Below are positions 9,928-18,949 of a stretch of 64,000 nt of DNA, piece by piece. The translations under genes and the position numbers were made by a program. The stretch spans positions 2,117-66,116 of the forward strand of contig JANQRD010000205.1 of assembly GCA_028284725.1 (NCBI GenBank), given 5' to 3'. Positions within the stretch are counted from its first letter, which is position 1; every line of letters starts with the position of its first letter. This DNA comes from Allomuricauda sp. Lineage in GTDB: Bacteria; Bacteroidota; Bacteroidia; Flavobacteriales; Flavobacteriaceae. The notes under the pieces were generated by a model that was not told the DNA's origin, ran no database searches, and was given only the letters and a program-made list of their open reading frames with translations.

Positions 9928-10860
9928 ATGATTTTGTGTGTCTGTCCCAATCCAGCTATTGACACAGCGATTATGCTGGATGATTTTAAACCTGGAAAAG
10001 TCAACAGGGCTTTTAAAGAACTTTCGTTTCCAGGAGGTAAAGGGGTTCATGTAGCTCTTGGAGTGAAGGAATTAGGGGAGGAAGTGGTGTTGCTCGCTTT
10101 TTGGGGAGGGGCTACAGGTCGTTGGATTAGAAAGGAATGTGAGGCGCTCGGAATCAGGTGCTATGGTCCGGAGGTAGCCGGTTGGTCAAGGACGTGTCTG
10201 ACCATTAGAGCAAAAAACAATTTTGATGAGACAGAGCTTTTGGGAAAGGGGCCAATTATAAATGAACAAGAATATGCAGCCTTTTTGAAAGCTTATGAGT
10301 CGTTGCTTGAAGAAGCAGAATTGGTTTCAATGAGCGGGTCTTGGCCGGAGAATTTTATCGGGGCAGATTATTGTGATCTTATAGAGAGGGCGTCCAAGGC
10401 AAATGTCAGGTCTTTTGTAGATTGTTCTGGCAAAGCACTGGTTCGTGCACTTGAGCAAAGACCTTATGCGGTGCACATTAACCACTTTGAAGGATACGAA
10501 ATTTATAAATTGACGAGCCCAGAGGATGTGTTTGCCAAAATGGAAGAACAATGCGAAATGGTGGCTTTGACCTTCGGGAGTAAAGGACTTTATCTGTACA
10601 AAAATGGCGAAATGGTACATGCGCTGAGTAAGGTGGAAAATGTGATTAGTGCAGTGGGCAGTGGGGACAGTCTAATGTCTGGATTACTTGTCGCCCAAAA
10701 AAGAAAGTATGGATTGTTGGAAACTGCCAAACTAGCGGCATCAGCAGGAGCAGCAAATTGTATCAAGGAAGCGGTAGGGATGTTCAATGCTTCCGATGTG
10801 GAGAAATTAGTAAGGAAGTGCAAAGCAAAAGTTATACAATTGAATCATATTAAAGCGTAA
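9928..10860 (+). CDS. 1-phosphofructokinase/LacC family kinase, probable tagatose-6-phosphate kinase
   Basis: NPAID, PGGKGVHVA, SGS and AVGSGD motifs; directly follows agaS. Confidence 0.8.
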   Translation: MILCVCPNPAIDTAIMLDDFKPGKVNRAFKELSFPGGKGVHVALGVKELGEEVVLLAFWGGATGRWIRKECEALGIRCYGPEVAGWSRTCLTIRAKNNFDETELLGKGPIINEQEYAAFLKAYESLLEEAELVSMSGSWPENFIGADYCDLIERASKANVRSFVDCSGKALVRALEQRPYAVHINHFEGYEIYKLTSPEDVFAKMEEQCEMVALTFGSKGLYLYKNGEMVHALSKVENVISAVGSGDSLMSGLLVAQKRKYGLLETAKLAASAGAANCIKEAVGMFNASDVEKLVRKCKAKVIQLNHIKA

Positions 10861-11808
10861 ATGGGCAAAGCTTTCGATGTTATAGTGGTAGGCGAACTTA
10901 ATGTTGATTTGATTTTCAACCAGATTGACGGATTCCCAGAAGTAGGAAAGGAAATCTTGGCCGATCAAATGATTTTTGCATTGGGAAGCTCGTCCGCAAT
11001 TTGTGCCAGCAACCTAAGTGCCCTCGGTTTAGACGTTGCGTTCCTGGGAAAATTGGGTAGTGATGTTTTTGGCAGGTTTGTTCTTAATGAGCTGAAACAA
11101 AAAGGAGTCGATACTTCCTACATACAAATCGACGATCAGTATAAAACAGGTGCCACCATGGCTCTTAGCTATGGAAACGACAGAGCGATGGTCACCCACC
11201 AAGGCGCCATGTTAGCTTTTGGTATTTCCAATATTGATGAAACGGTGCTTAAAAAAGCGAGGCATTTGCACTTCTCATCGTATTTTTTCCAGCCGGGATT
11301 CAATAATTCACTGGACACCCTTTTTAAAAAGGCAAAAGAAGCCGGGCTTACCACTTCGCTGGATGTACAATGGGACCCTGCGGAGTCCTGGGATCTTGAT
11401 TTGGATAAGGTGCTTCCCTGGGTGGATGTTTTCATTCCGAATGCCATCGAACTTAAAAAACTCACAAAACAACATGAACTTAACCTGGCCATTCAAAGTG
11501 TTAAAAATAAAAGCAAATACACTGTAGTGAAGTGCGGTATTGAAGGTTCCATTTTGAGTTATGGAAACAAAACGGTTGAAAAATCTGCTTTTGTAAACGA
11601 AAGCGTAGTAGATACGATTGGAGCAGGCGATAGCTTTAATGCGGGGTATATTTTGAAGTTTTTGGATGGACAAAGTCCCGAGGATTGTCAACAGTTTGGC
11701 AATTTGATTGGGGCAATTTCTACAACAGCTCCCGGAGGCACCGCAGCTATTAAGGATTTAGAGACCACTATGGCAATTGCGAGGAAAAGATTCAATTATT
11801 CGGAGTGA
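10861..11808 (+). CDS. PfkB family carbohydrate kinase
   Basis: GELNVD, GKLGSDVFG and DTIGAGDSF PfkB signature. Confidence 0.88.
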   Translation: MGKAFDVIVVGELNVDLIFNQIDGFPEVGKEILADQMIFALGSSSAICASNLSALGLDVAFLGKLGSDVFGRFVLNELKQKGVDTSYIQIDDQYKTGATMALSYGNDRAMVTHQGAMLAFGISNIDETVLKKARHLHFSSYFFQPGFNNSLDTLFKKAKEAGLTTSLDVQWDPAESWDLDLDKVLPWVDVFIPNAIELKKLTKQHELNLAIQSVKNKSKYTVVKCGIEGSILSYGNKTVEKSAFVNESVVDTIGAGDSFNAGYILKFLDGQSPEDCQQFGNLIGAISTTAPGGTAAIKDLETTMAIARKRFNYSE

Positions 11809-11813
11809 AATAG

Positions 11814-12638
11814 ATGAAGCTTCAGGAGAAATTTATTGAGCTACGAAGTAAGAACCAGGGGATTCTGGCTACCAACTTTTACAACTTTGAAACGTTGGAA
11901 GGGGTGTTGCGTGCCGCAAAGGCCAAGAATCACCCGATCATTCTTCAGTTGACTAAAAGTTCCATTGACTATATGGGACTTCCAGTGGCTTACAGTTTGG
12001 CTAAATCAATGTTGGAATATCATGACGTTGAGGGATGGATCCATCTGGACCATGGCGACTCCTATGAGTTGGCGGCAAAATGCTTGGATGTCGGTTTTGA
12101 TTCTGTGATGATTGATGCAAGCGAGCAGCCCTTTGATGAAAATATCGCTATAACCCGAAAAGTGGTGCAACTTGCGAAAAATTATGGAGCCAACGTGGAG
12201 GCAGAATTGGGTTACATCGCAAAACTGGGCCAGAATAAGGATGAAACCGGCTTTACCCAACCCCAGGAGGCCAAGGAATTTGTGGACGCGACAGGGGTAA
12301 ATGCCCTAGCAATAGCTGTGGGCACTGCACATGGATTTTATGACAGTGAACCCAAAATAGATCTTGAGTTGATTTCCCAAATTGGTGAAGCGACCGATGC
12401 AACGCTAGTGCTACATGGTAGTTCAGGTGTTCCCGGTAAAACCTTGACCGAAGCGGTAGATCGGGGCATTTGCAAGATTAATTTGGCCACTGAAATAAAA
12501 AACACCTTTATGCAAACCTTAAAAACCAAATTGGCCAAAAATGATGAAATTGATTTGAGAAAAGTCTTTCCAACCGCAACTAGCAAAGTTGTGGAATTGG
12601 TAGAACAAAAACTGGAAATCGTAAGAAATCAAAAATAG
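11814..12638 (+). CDS. Class II fructose/tagatose-1,6-bisphosphate aldolase (AgaY/KbaY-like)
   Basis: HLDH, SVMIDAS, VEAELG, GTAHG, VLHGSSG and KIN motifs. Confidence 0.88.
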   Translation: MKLQEKFIELRSKNQGILATNFYNFETLEGVLRAAKAKNHPIILQLTKSSIDYMGLPVAYSLAKSMLEYHDVEGWIHLDHGDSYELAAKCLDVGFDSVMIDASEQPFDENIAITRKVVQLAKNYGANVEAELGYIAKLGQNKDETGFTQPQEAKEFVDATGVNALAIAVGTAHGFYDSEPKIDLELISQIGEATDATLVLHGSSGVPGKTLTEAVDRGICKINLATEIKNTFMQTLKTKLAKNDEIDLRKVFPTATSKVVELVEQKLEIVRNQK

Positions 12639-12655
12639 AATCAATTTTCAGCTTC

Positions 12656-13780
12656 ATGGACGTTATTGCACTTACCAAAGATTTAATTCGCTTCAATACC
12701 ATCAACCCTCCTGGAAATGAGGAAGGAACCGCGAAATACATAGGCTCTATTTTATCGGATCAGGGTTTTTCCATTGATTTTCCAGAATACGATAAGGGAA
12801 GACCGCATGTAGTGGCCACAAAAGGGCTTTCCCAGGATTTGGCTCCGATTGTGCTTACAGGCCATCTGGATGTGGTGCCTTTGGGAGCTAAAAAATGGAA
12901 AATGGATCCTTTGGAGCCTATTGTCATTGGTGATAAACTATATGGACGTGGGGCTACGGACATGAAAAGCGGTGTAGCGGCAATGATTGTATCCGCAATT
13001 GAAAGTTTTGACAACATAGCCCCTAAGGGTGGTATAAAGTTGGTGTTTACCGTAAACGAAGAATTGGGCTGTAAAGGGGCGCAACACCTTTTTGAAAATG
13101 GTTATGACATTGGCAGTGCCAGTGCTATTCTGGTAGGAGAGCCCACATCGAATAGACCGTACATCGCCCATAAAGGGGGTTTGTATTTAACAGCAAGAAC
13201 AGAAGGTGTTACCGCACACTCCTCAATGCCGGAACTCGGGGATAATGCCATTTTTAAAGCTGCAAGGGCTATCACCAAAGTTGAGAAAATGCAGTTTGAG
13301 ACTAAAAAGGATAGTATTCTGGGTTTTCCGACCATAAATGTGGGAAGAATCGAAGGGGGGCTGAATTTAAATTCAGTACCCGATAAAGCCGAATTTACCA
13401 TTGATGTGAGGTCTACCACCAAATTACGGAACAAAGAGGCCCTGCAACAGTTGAGCAATATTTTGGGAAAAGAAGTTAAGCTGGAAAAAATGGTGGATTT
13501 AAGTGCAATTTCTACTCCACAGGAACATCCCTTTGTCCAACTGGTTGCCAAAATTTGCAAGGTTGATTTTGAAAATGAATTGGAACCGAAATCTGCTCCG
13601 TTTTTAACGGATGCATCCGTTCTCACGCCGTGGATGAATAATGCGCCGACTGTAATTCTTGGGCCAGGGGAGACGCAAATGGCCCATCAAACAGACGAAT
13701 TTTGTTACGTCGATAAAATACAGGAGGCAGTATCGCTGTACAAAGCGATTATTATAGAAAACAGTAAAAGAAATTCATGA
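12656..13780 (+). CDS. M20 family metallo-amidohydrolase (ArgE/DapE-like)
   Basis: GHLDVVP, GRGATDMKSG, NEELG, GEPT and AHQTDE zinc-ligand motifs. Confidence 0.88.
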   Translation: MDVIALTKDLIRFNTINPPGNEEGTAKYIGSILSDQGFSIDFPEYDKGRPHVVATKGLSQDLAPIVLTGHLDVVPLGAKKWKMDPLEPIVIGDKLYGRGATDMKSGVAAMIVSAIESFDNIAPKGGIKLVFTVNEELGCKGAQHLFENGYDIGSASAILVGEPTSNRPYIAHKGGLYLTARTEGVTAHSSMPELGDNAIFKAARAITKVEKMQFETKKDSILGFPTINVGRIEGGLNLNSVPDKAEFTIDVRSTTKLRNKEALQQLSNILGKEVKLEKMVDLSAISTPQEHPFVQLVAKICKVDFENELEPKSAPFLTDASVLTPWMNNAPTVILGPGETQMAHQTDEFCYVDKIQEAVSLYKAIIIENSKRNS

Positions 13781-14814
13781 CAAATTATCCGAACCAAATT
13801 ACGGACATTGAACAATTGGAAGATTTGCTTTCTCTTCCCACTCCAGAACTCGTGCAAATGATGAAGCATATCGATGGGGATTTTATGTTTTTGGGGGTGG
13901 CCGGAAAAATGGGCGTTTCTATGGCCAGAATGGCTAAAAGAGCATGTGATGAGGCGAAGGTAAAAAAACGTGTGATAGGCGTCTCCCGTTTTAGCGATGC
14001 CGCACAATTATCTTTTTTAAACGAAAGCGGAATTGAAACAATAAAAGGGGATTTGTTGGATCTTACTTTCATCAATAGCCTTCCGAATGTAAAAAACATC
14101 ATTTATTTGGCGGGGATGAAATTTGGCTCCGTTGGAAACGAACCCTTTACCTGGGCCATGAATTCTTTTTTGCCCGGTTTGGTGGTGGAAAGATTTAAAG
14201 ATTCAAGAATAGTGGCGCTATCAACAGGCTGTGTTTATCCTCTGGTAAATGTCGATTCAGGTGGTTCTAGGGAAACTGATGCTCCATTACCCATTGGAGA
14301 GTATGCACAATCTTGTTTGGGAAGGGAGCGATTGTTTGAATATGGAAGCCAACAATATGGTACTTCGGTGGCGTTGATTCGATTAAATTATGCTGTTGAA
14401 ATGCGTTATGGAGTTTTGGTGGACATCGCAACGAAGGTGTTTCATGGTAAAACTATAGATTTAACCATGGGATATGCCAATGTCCTTTGGCAAGGAGATG
14501 CAAACGATATGATACTGCGAAGTTTTGGCCTATGCCGAGCTCCAGCGGAACACATTAACATCAGTGGTGCAGAATTGGTCTCAGTGGCGAAGGTAGCCGA
14601 GCAGTTCGGGAAACTAATGAGTAAAAAAGTGAGCTTTTCGGGCAAAGAGGCCGAATCGGCTCTGTTGGTCAATGTGGCCAAAGGCCACTACCTGCTGGGA
14701 ACGCCTAAAATAAAATTGGATCGTGTACTTAAATGGACAGCTGATTGGGTCATGAACAATCGCTACTTGTTGGGTAAAGCGACCCATTTTGAAGTAAGGG
14801 ACGGTAAATATTGA
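13777..14814 (+). CDS. NAD-dependent epimerase/dehydratase (extended SDR, atypical)
   Basis: GVAGKMG nucleotide-binding motif, STGCVY, YAQSC in place of YxxxK, RLNYA. Confidence 0.75.
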   Translation: MTNYPNQITDIEQLEDLLSLPTPELVQMMKHIDGDFMFLGVAGKMGVSMARMAKRACDEAKVKKRVIGVSRFSDAAQLSFLNESGIETIKGDLLDLTFINSLPNVKNIIYLAGMKFGSVGNEPFTWAMNSFLPGLVVERFKDSRIVALSTGCVYPLVNVDSGGSRETDAPLPIGEYAQSCLGRERLFEYGSQQYGTSVALIRLNYAVEMRYGVLVDIATKVFHGKTIDLTMGYANVLWQGDANDMILRSFGLCRAPAEHINISGAELVSVAKVAEQFGKLMSKKVSFSGKEAESALLVNVAKGHYLLGTPKIKLDRVLKWTADWVMNNRYLLGKATHFEVRDGKY

Positions 14815-14822
14815 ATTGATTC

Positions 14823-15878
14823 ATGAAAAGTACATTATCTAATGCGTTGAAAGAGTTTTTACATGGTGGGCTGGTCATTCCAGCGCATCCAACAGCGTTG
14901 ACAAAATCAACGAAATTGGATGAACGCCGGCAAAGAGCCCTTTCAAGATACTATTTGGATGCCGGCTCCGATGGATTGGCCATTAGTGTCCATACAAGCC
15001 AGTTCGAGATTCGGGAGGTGGGATTATACCGTCCTGTGCTGGAACTAGCAAAAGACGAAATGGATGCTTTTAATAGCAAGAAGTCAAAGCAGTTGTTTAG
15101 GATTGCTGGGGTACTTGGAAAAACCAGTCAAGCTTTGCAAGAAGCGCAAATTGCCCACGAACTTGGATATCATGCGGTATTGGTAAGTTTGGCAGCTTTG
15201 AAAGAAGAGGCCAACAACAATTTGGTTGAACATTGCTCCGCAATCGCTGAGGTGCTACCGGTCATTGGCTTTTACCTGCAGCCTTCGGTAGGTGGGCGCG
15301 TTTTGGATACCAGTTTTTGGAGATCTTTTTCAGAAATTGAAAATGTTGTCGCCATTAAAATGGCTCCTTTTGACCGGTATCGTACATTCGATGTTATACG
15401 TGGCGTAGCTGAATCGGGGAGGGCAGAAGAAATTGCGCTGTATACAGGGAATGATGACAATATAGTGGCCGATCTTTTAACGGAGTACCAAATTCCTGTA
15501 GGAAGCAAAATCGTCAAAAAAAATATTGTAGGTGGATTATTGGGCCATTGGGCGGTATGGAACAAAAAGGCTGTGGAATTGATGGACAACATAAAAAAGG
15601 CCACCGCCTTTGAAATTCCTGAATTGTTGACTTTGGGAACCAAGATTACCGATGCCAACGCAGCTTTCTTTGATTCAAAAAACGGATTTAAAGGCTCAAT
15701 TGCTGGCATACATGAGGTTTTGATACGTCAAGGCTTGTTGGAAGGGAATTACACCATCAATCCCAAAGAGCAATTGAGTACAGGTCAAAAAGAAGAGATC
15801 GATCGAGTATACCGTATGTATCCCGAGCTGAATGATGATGCATTTGTGGCCGAAAACTTGAACAAGTGGTTAAGCTAA
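14823..15878 (+). CDS. DHDPS/N-acetylneuraminate lyase superfamily aldolase
   Basis: VIPAHP..L, FYLQ Tyr, VVAIK Schiff-base Lys, LYTGNDD. Confidence 0.78.
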   Translation: MKSTLSNALKEFLHGGLVIPAHPTALTKSTKLDERRQRALSRYYLDAGSDGLAISVHTSQFEIREVGLYRPVLELAKDEMDAFNSKKSKQLFRIAGVLGKTSQALQEAQIAHELGYHAVLVSLAALKEEANNNLVEHCSAIAEVLPVIGFYLQPSVGGRVLDTSFWRSFSEIENVVAIKMAPFDRYRTFDVIRGVAESGRAEEIALYTGNDDNIVADLLTEYQIPVGSKIVKKNIVGGLLGHWAVWNKKAVELMDNIKKATAFEIPELLTLGTKITDANAAFFDSKNGFKGSIAGIHEVLIRQGLLEGNYTINPKEQLSTGQKEEIDRVYRMYPELNDDAFVAENLNKWLS

Positions 15879-15888
15879 TTCAAATAAA

Positions 15889-16830
15889 ATGAAACTAACT
15901 GTTGCAAGAAAAATCACAACCGGAAAAAAGCTATGGCTGTCCTATGCGCTGATCACAACCATTTTTTGGGGTGTTTGGGGGGCATTTACAGGGCTTCCTG
16001 CCGAAAATGGATTTCCCGACACATTGATATACTGTGTTTGGGCCCTCACCATGGTCTTACCCGCAACTTACATACTTCACCGCAACAATTGGAAGGTACA
16101 AACCGATAGACAGTCCATGCTGTATGGTCTTATCATTGGACTTTTGGGCGCGGGTGGGCAAATGGTGCTTTTTTACGCAGTGACCATTGGCCCAACCTAT
16201 CTGATATTTCCCATTATCTCATTATCGCCCATTATCACCATTTTGCTTTCCATTTTGTTTTTAAAGGAACGAACCGGTTTTTTGGGCATCCTCGGAATTG
16301 TTATGGCCCTATTGGCCTTACCTCTTTTTGAATATTCGGGTGATTCGATAAATACCAAGGATGCAGTTGGATTATGGTTTTTGTTGGCAATCCTGGTTTT
16401 GATAGCTTGGGGAGTGCAAGCGTACTTTATGAAGTTGGCCAACCATTCGATGAGTGTGGAAAGCATATTTTTTTATATGATGTTGTCTGGAATTTTGCTG
16501 ATTCCCGTGGCGATATACATGACGGATTTTTCAAAAGAGATCAATTGGGGTGCAGATGGCCCTTTCCTTGCAATGTTGATTCAAATTTTGAATGCGATTG
16601 GAGCGCTTTTCTTGGTCTATGCCTTCAGACACGGAAAAGCAATTGTTGTTTCTCCACTTACCAATGCCGTGGCGCCTCTCATCACCGCGGTAATCGCAAT
16701 CATTGTGCTGGGCATAATGCCCAACGATTACAAAATAGTGGGGATAGTCTTGGCTATTATAGCAGCCTTTCTTTTGGCATTGGAACCTGAAAGAAAAACC
16801 TCTTCCAAGAAAAAACCTTTGGATAGCTAG
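15889..16830 (+). CDS. EamA/DMT family transporter
   Basis: Ten hydrophobic helices in two repeats (FWGVWG and AWGVQ). Confidence 0.85.
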   Translation: MKLTVARKITTGKKLWLSYALITTIFWGVWGAFTGLPAENGFPDTLIYCVWALTMVLPATYILHRNNWKVQTDRQSMLYGLIIGLLGAGGQMVLFYAVTIGPTYLIFPIISLSPIITILLSILFLKERTGFLGILGIVMALLALPLFEYSGDSINTKDAVGLWFLLAILVLIAWGVQAYFMKLANHSMSVESIFFYMMLSGILLIPVAIYMTDFSKEINWGADGPFLAMLIQILNAIGALFLVYAFRHGKAIVVSPLTNAVAPLITAVIAIIVLGIMPNDYKIVGIVLAIIAAFLLALEPERKTSSKKKPLDS

Positions 16831-16832
16831 GC

Positions 16833-18428
16833 CTATCTTATTGTGTTTTCGAGAACCACCACGGAGGGTCCTTTCAGAATCCACTTTTTTTGGAGTCCAG
16901 TCGTATCCCCTTTGGGTTTGAAGTTGACATAGGACCCCAGGGCAATGTCAACATCCCCATCAGCATCCATATCCGCTGCATCCATTACAATCCATCTTCC
17001 GTTTGTCGACTCTGGAAAGGAATGAGCTTTAAAGTTCAAATCGCCTAGATTTTCGAGGTATACAAAACTTTCTTCAGGGTGGCTATAGTAATCAGGAAAG
17101 AATGAAATGGCTGCTATGTCCAAATCTCCATCCAGATCAAAATCACGGGGTATTGCCTTGTAGGCTCCGTTCAGCTGATAAAAATAGGCTTGCGAAAAAT
17201 TAAACGTTCCATCATTGAGAAAAATGTAGATTCCATGATAACCCTTTAGGTATTTCGTTTTGTCCGCATTGTCACCACATACATAAACAAGGTCATCAAA
17301 GCCATCATTATTGAAATCGGCGAGCTCTATATATTGGGAACCGTTAAGGGGTGAAAAGCTAAGAAGTCTTTTTTCGGTAAAGGAACCCGCTCCATTGTTT
17401 TCATAGAGGAAAATACCCTCATCTCCCTGGGCCATGAGCGCAAGGATATCTTTATGACCATCTTTATTGAAATCCCCTATTTCGGTAGAAATGGCACCGG
17501 GTCTGGAATTTAATACGTTTGTGTTGTATGTACCATCATGATGATGTTGTAGCCATACCAATCGCCCTGTTAAATTTCCAAATTCGCAGGCTACAATATC
17601 CTCCAAGTCGTCATTGTTTAGATCACCGTAAGCCATAAACACCGGTCGGTGTAAATTGGGACCGATGATTTTTGATGTGTTGTACTTTGGTGATGTTCCG
17701 CTTTTGTATAGTTTTTGGATAGCCCCATCTGGGTTGTCATGCGGAAAAAGGGTCTTACCAATAGTGGTCAAATAGATGGTATCTGATTTTTCGTAGTAAT
17801 GTACGGGAGCCTTCCCCATAGCAATGTTATAGTCCTTTTGGAGGTCATGGGTCAAAAGCGTTAGTCTATTGACCATTTTTTTGGTGTCGCTGAAAACCAC
17901 TCCCCGGTTTTCTGGAAGTATTTTCACCATTATGGTATGGGGAGGTCTATGGGAGTAGGACGTCTCTTTGTATGTAAAATGTTCAAGCCCCATATGGATT
18001 TTGTCAGTACGGGCTGGAGGCAAAATAGTGTCTGGGGCACTTTTCACATAATAATCAACAATTTTCTTCCAGTCGGCTCTAGTGATAAAAGGCTTCTCTG
18101 GGTAAATGTTGGCTTTCCGTGCCGATTCCCCACCCTCCCCATCGCTGTATAGGCTGTCTGGGGTAATCCCCGATTCGTAAATCCCCATTCGTTGCCCCAT
18201 GTAGGGCAGCAGTACGTTTTTCCAATTGGATCGGGTTGAAGCTTCCGGTTTTACAAACTCATGGCAGGTTGCGCAGTGAATCTCGGCTAGTGCTTTTCCC
18301 GAGAGATTTGTTGATTTTGACATGTCCGGGAGTGTCGGGTTTTCGATGTTGGCATTCCCATGCTTTTTCCTATCGGCACATGAAAGGAACAGTATTTTAA
18401 TAGATAAAATGAGAAGAAAATATTTCAT
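16833..18428 (-). CDS. Lipoprotein with N-terminal c-type heme motif and FG-GAP/VCBS beta-propeller
   Basis: Lipobox LFLSC after ATG 18428; CATCH at 18261-18275; repeated DLNNDDLED, DFNKDG, DFNNDG, DFDLDGDLD and DMDADGDVD Ca-binding repeats. Confidence 0.78.
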   Translation of the reverse strand: MKYFLLILSIKILFLSCADRKKHGNANIENPTLPDMSKSTNLSGKALAEIHCATCHEFVKPEASTRSNWKNVLLPYMGQRMGIYESGITPDSLYSDGEGGESARKANIYPEKPFITRADWKKIVDYYVKSAPDTILPPARTDKIHMGLEHFTYKETSYSHRPPHTIMVKILPENRGVVFSDTKKMVNRLTLLTHDLQKDYNIAMGKAPVHYYEKSDTIYLTTIGKTLFPHDNPDGAIQKLYKSGTSPKYNTSKIIGPNLHRPVFMAYGDLNNDDLEDIVACEFGNLTGRLVWLQHHHDGTYNTNVLNSRPGAISTEIGDFNKDGHKDILALMAQGDEGIFLYENNGAGSFTEKRLLSFSPLNGSQYIELADFNNDGFDDLVYVCGDNADKTKYLKGYHGIYIFLNDGTFNFSQAYFYQLNGAYKAIPRDFDLDGDLDIAAISFFPDYYSHPEESFVYLENLGDLNFKAHSFPESTNGRWIVMDAADMDADGDVDIALGSYVNFKPKGDTTGLQKKWILKGPSVVVLENTIR

Positions 18429-18949
18429 GATAACTTTTTGGATGGTGATGGAGTAGTTAGTGTGCAAGCGAAGTTTTATGAATTTTCGGGAGAAGTGATA
18501 GTTCTGAAATTTTTTAATGCTTTTAAGTTTCATTTTCTTTCGAATGATTAATTGCTTTTCTATTGATGCCCTGAAGTCTTTTATTTTTTTACACTCCATT
18601 CTGTATCTGTTTTTATCACTTTTGGTTTGAGCGTATATACCAAATACTGAATTTCGTTCGATTTCAATCCACTATTTCAATCCTTTTTAGCCTTTAACAG
18701 GTTGATTTCGGTTATCAATAGAAATCTTTTAATAGCTTATCTTATTTAAATATTAAAATTACGTAATGTTTGCTTTTAATACTATTTATCTTTCAAAACA
18801 TTGTTATTTGATAAATTTTTTTTGAAAATAACTGGTTTTTTAAAAATCAAGTTGCTATATTGCTTCATATTTCATAATTGTTAATTCTACGAAAGCTTAA
18901 TATTAAGCTTTAATAAGGAATTTAAAAACAACCAACTCAAAACGATAGT

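Noticed and set aside
13102-13626. Long antisense ORFs (also 4494-4964, 15272-15709, 39124-39567)
   Set aside because: They lie almost entirely opposite well-supported genes and show no recognisable motifs; treated as shadow ORFs.
14823-15878. dapA, with M20 as dapE, forming a lysine biosynthesis cluster
   Set aside because: The GTTGE motif is missing, no other dap genes are present, and the operon is sugar-catabolic.
18429-18599. N-terminal extension of the heme/FG-GAP ORF
   Set aside because: Lys-rich translation of AT-rich intergenic DNA; the lipoprotein signal begins at ATG 18428.
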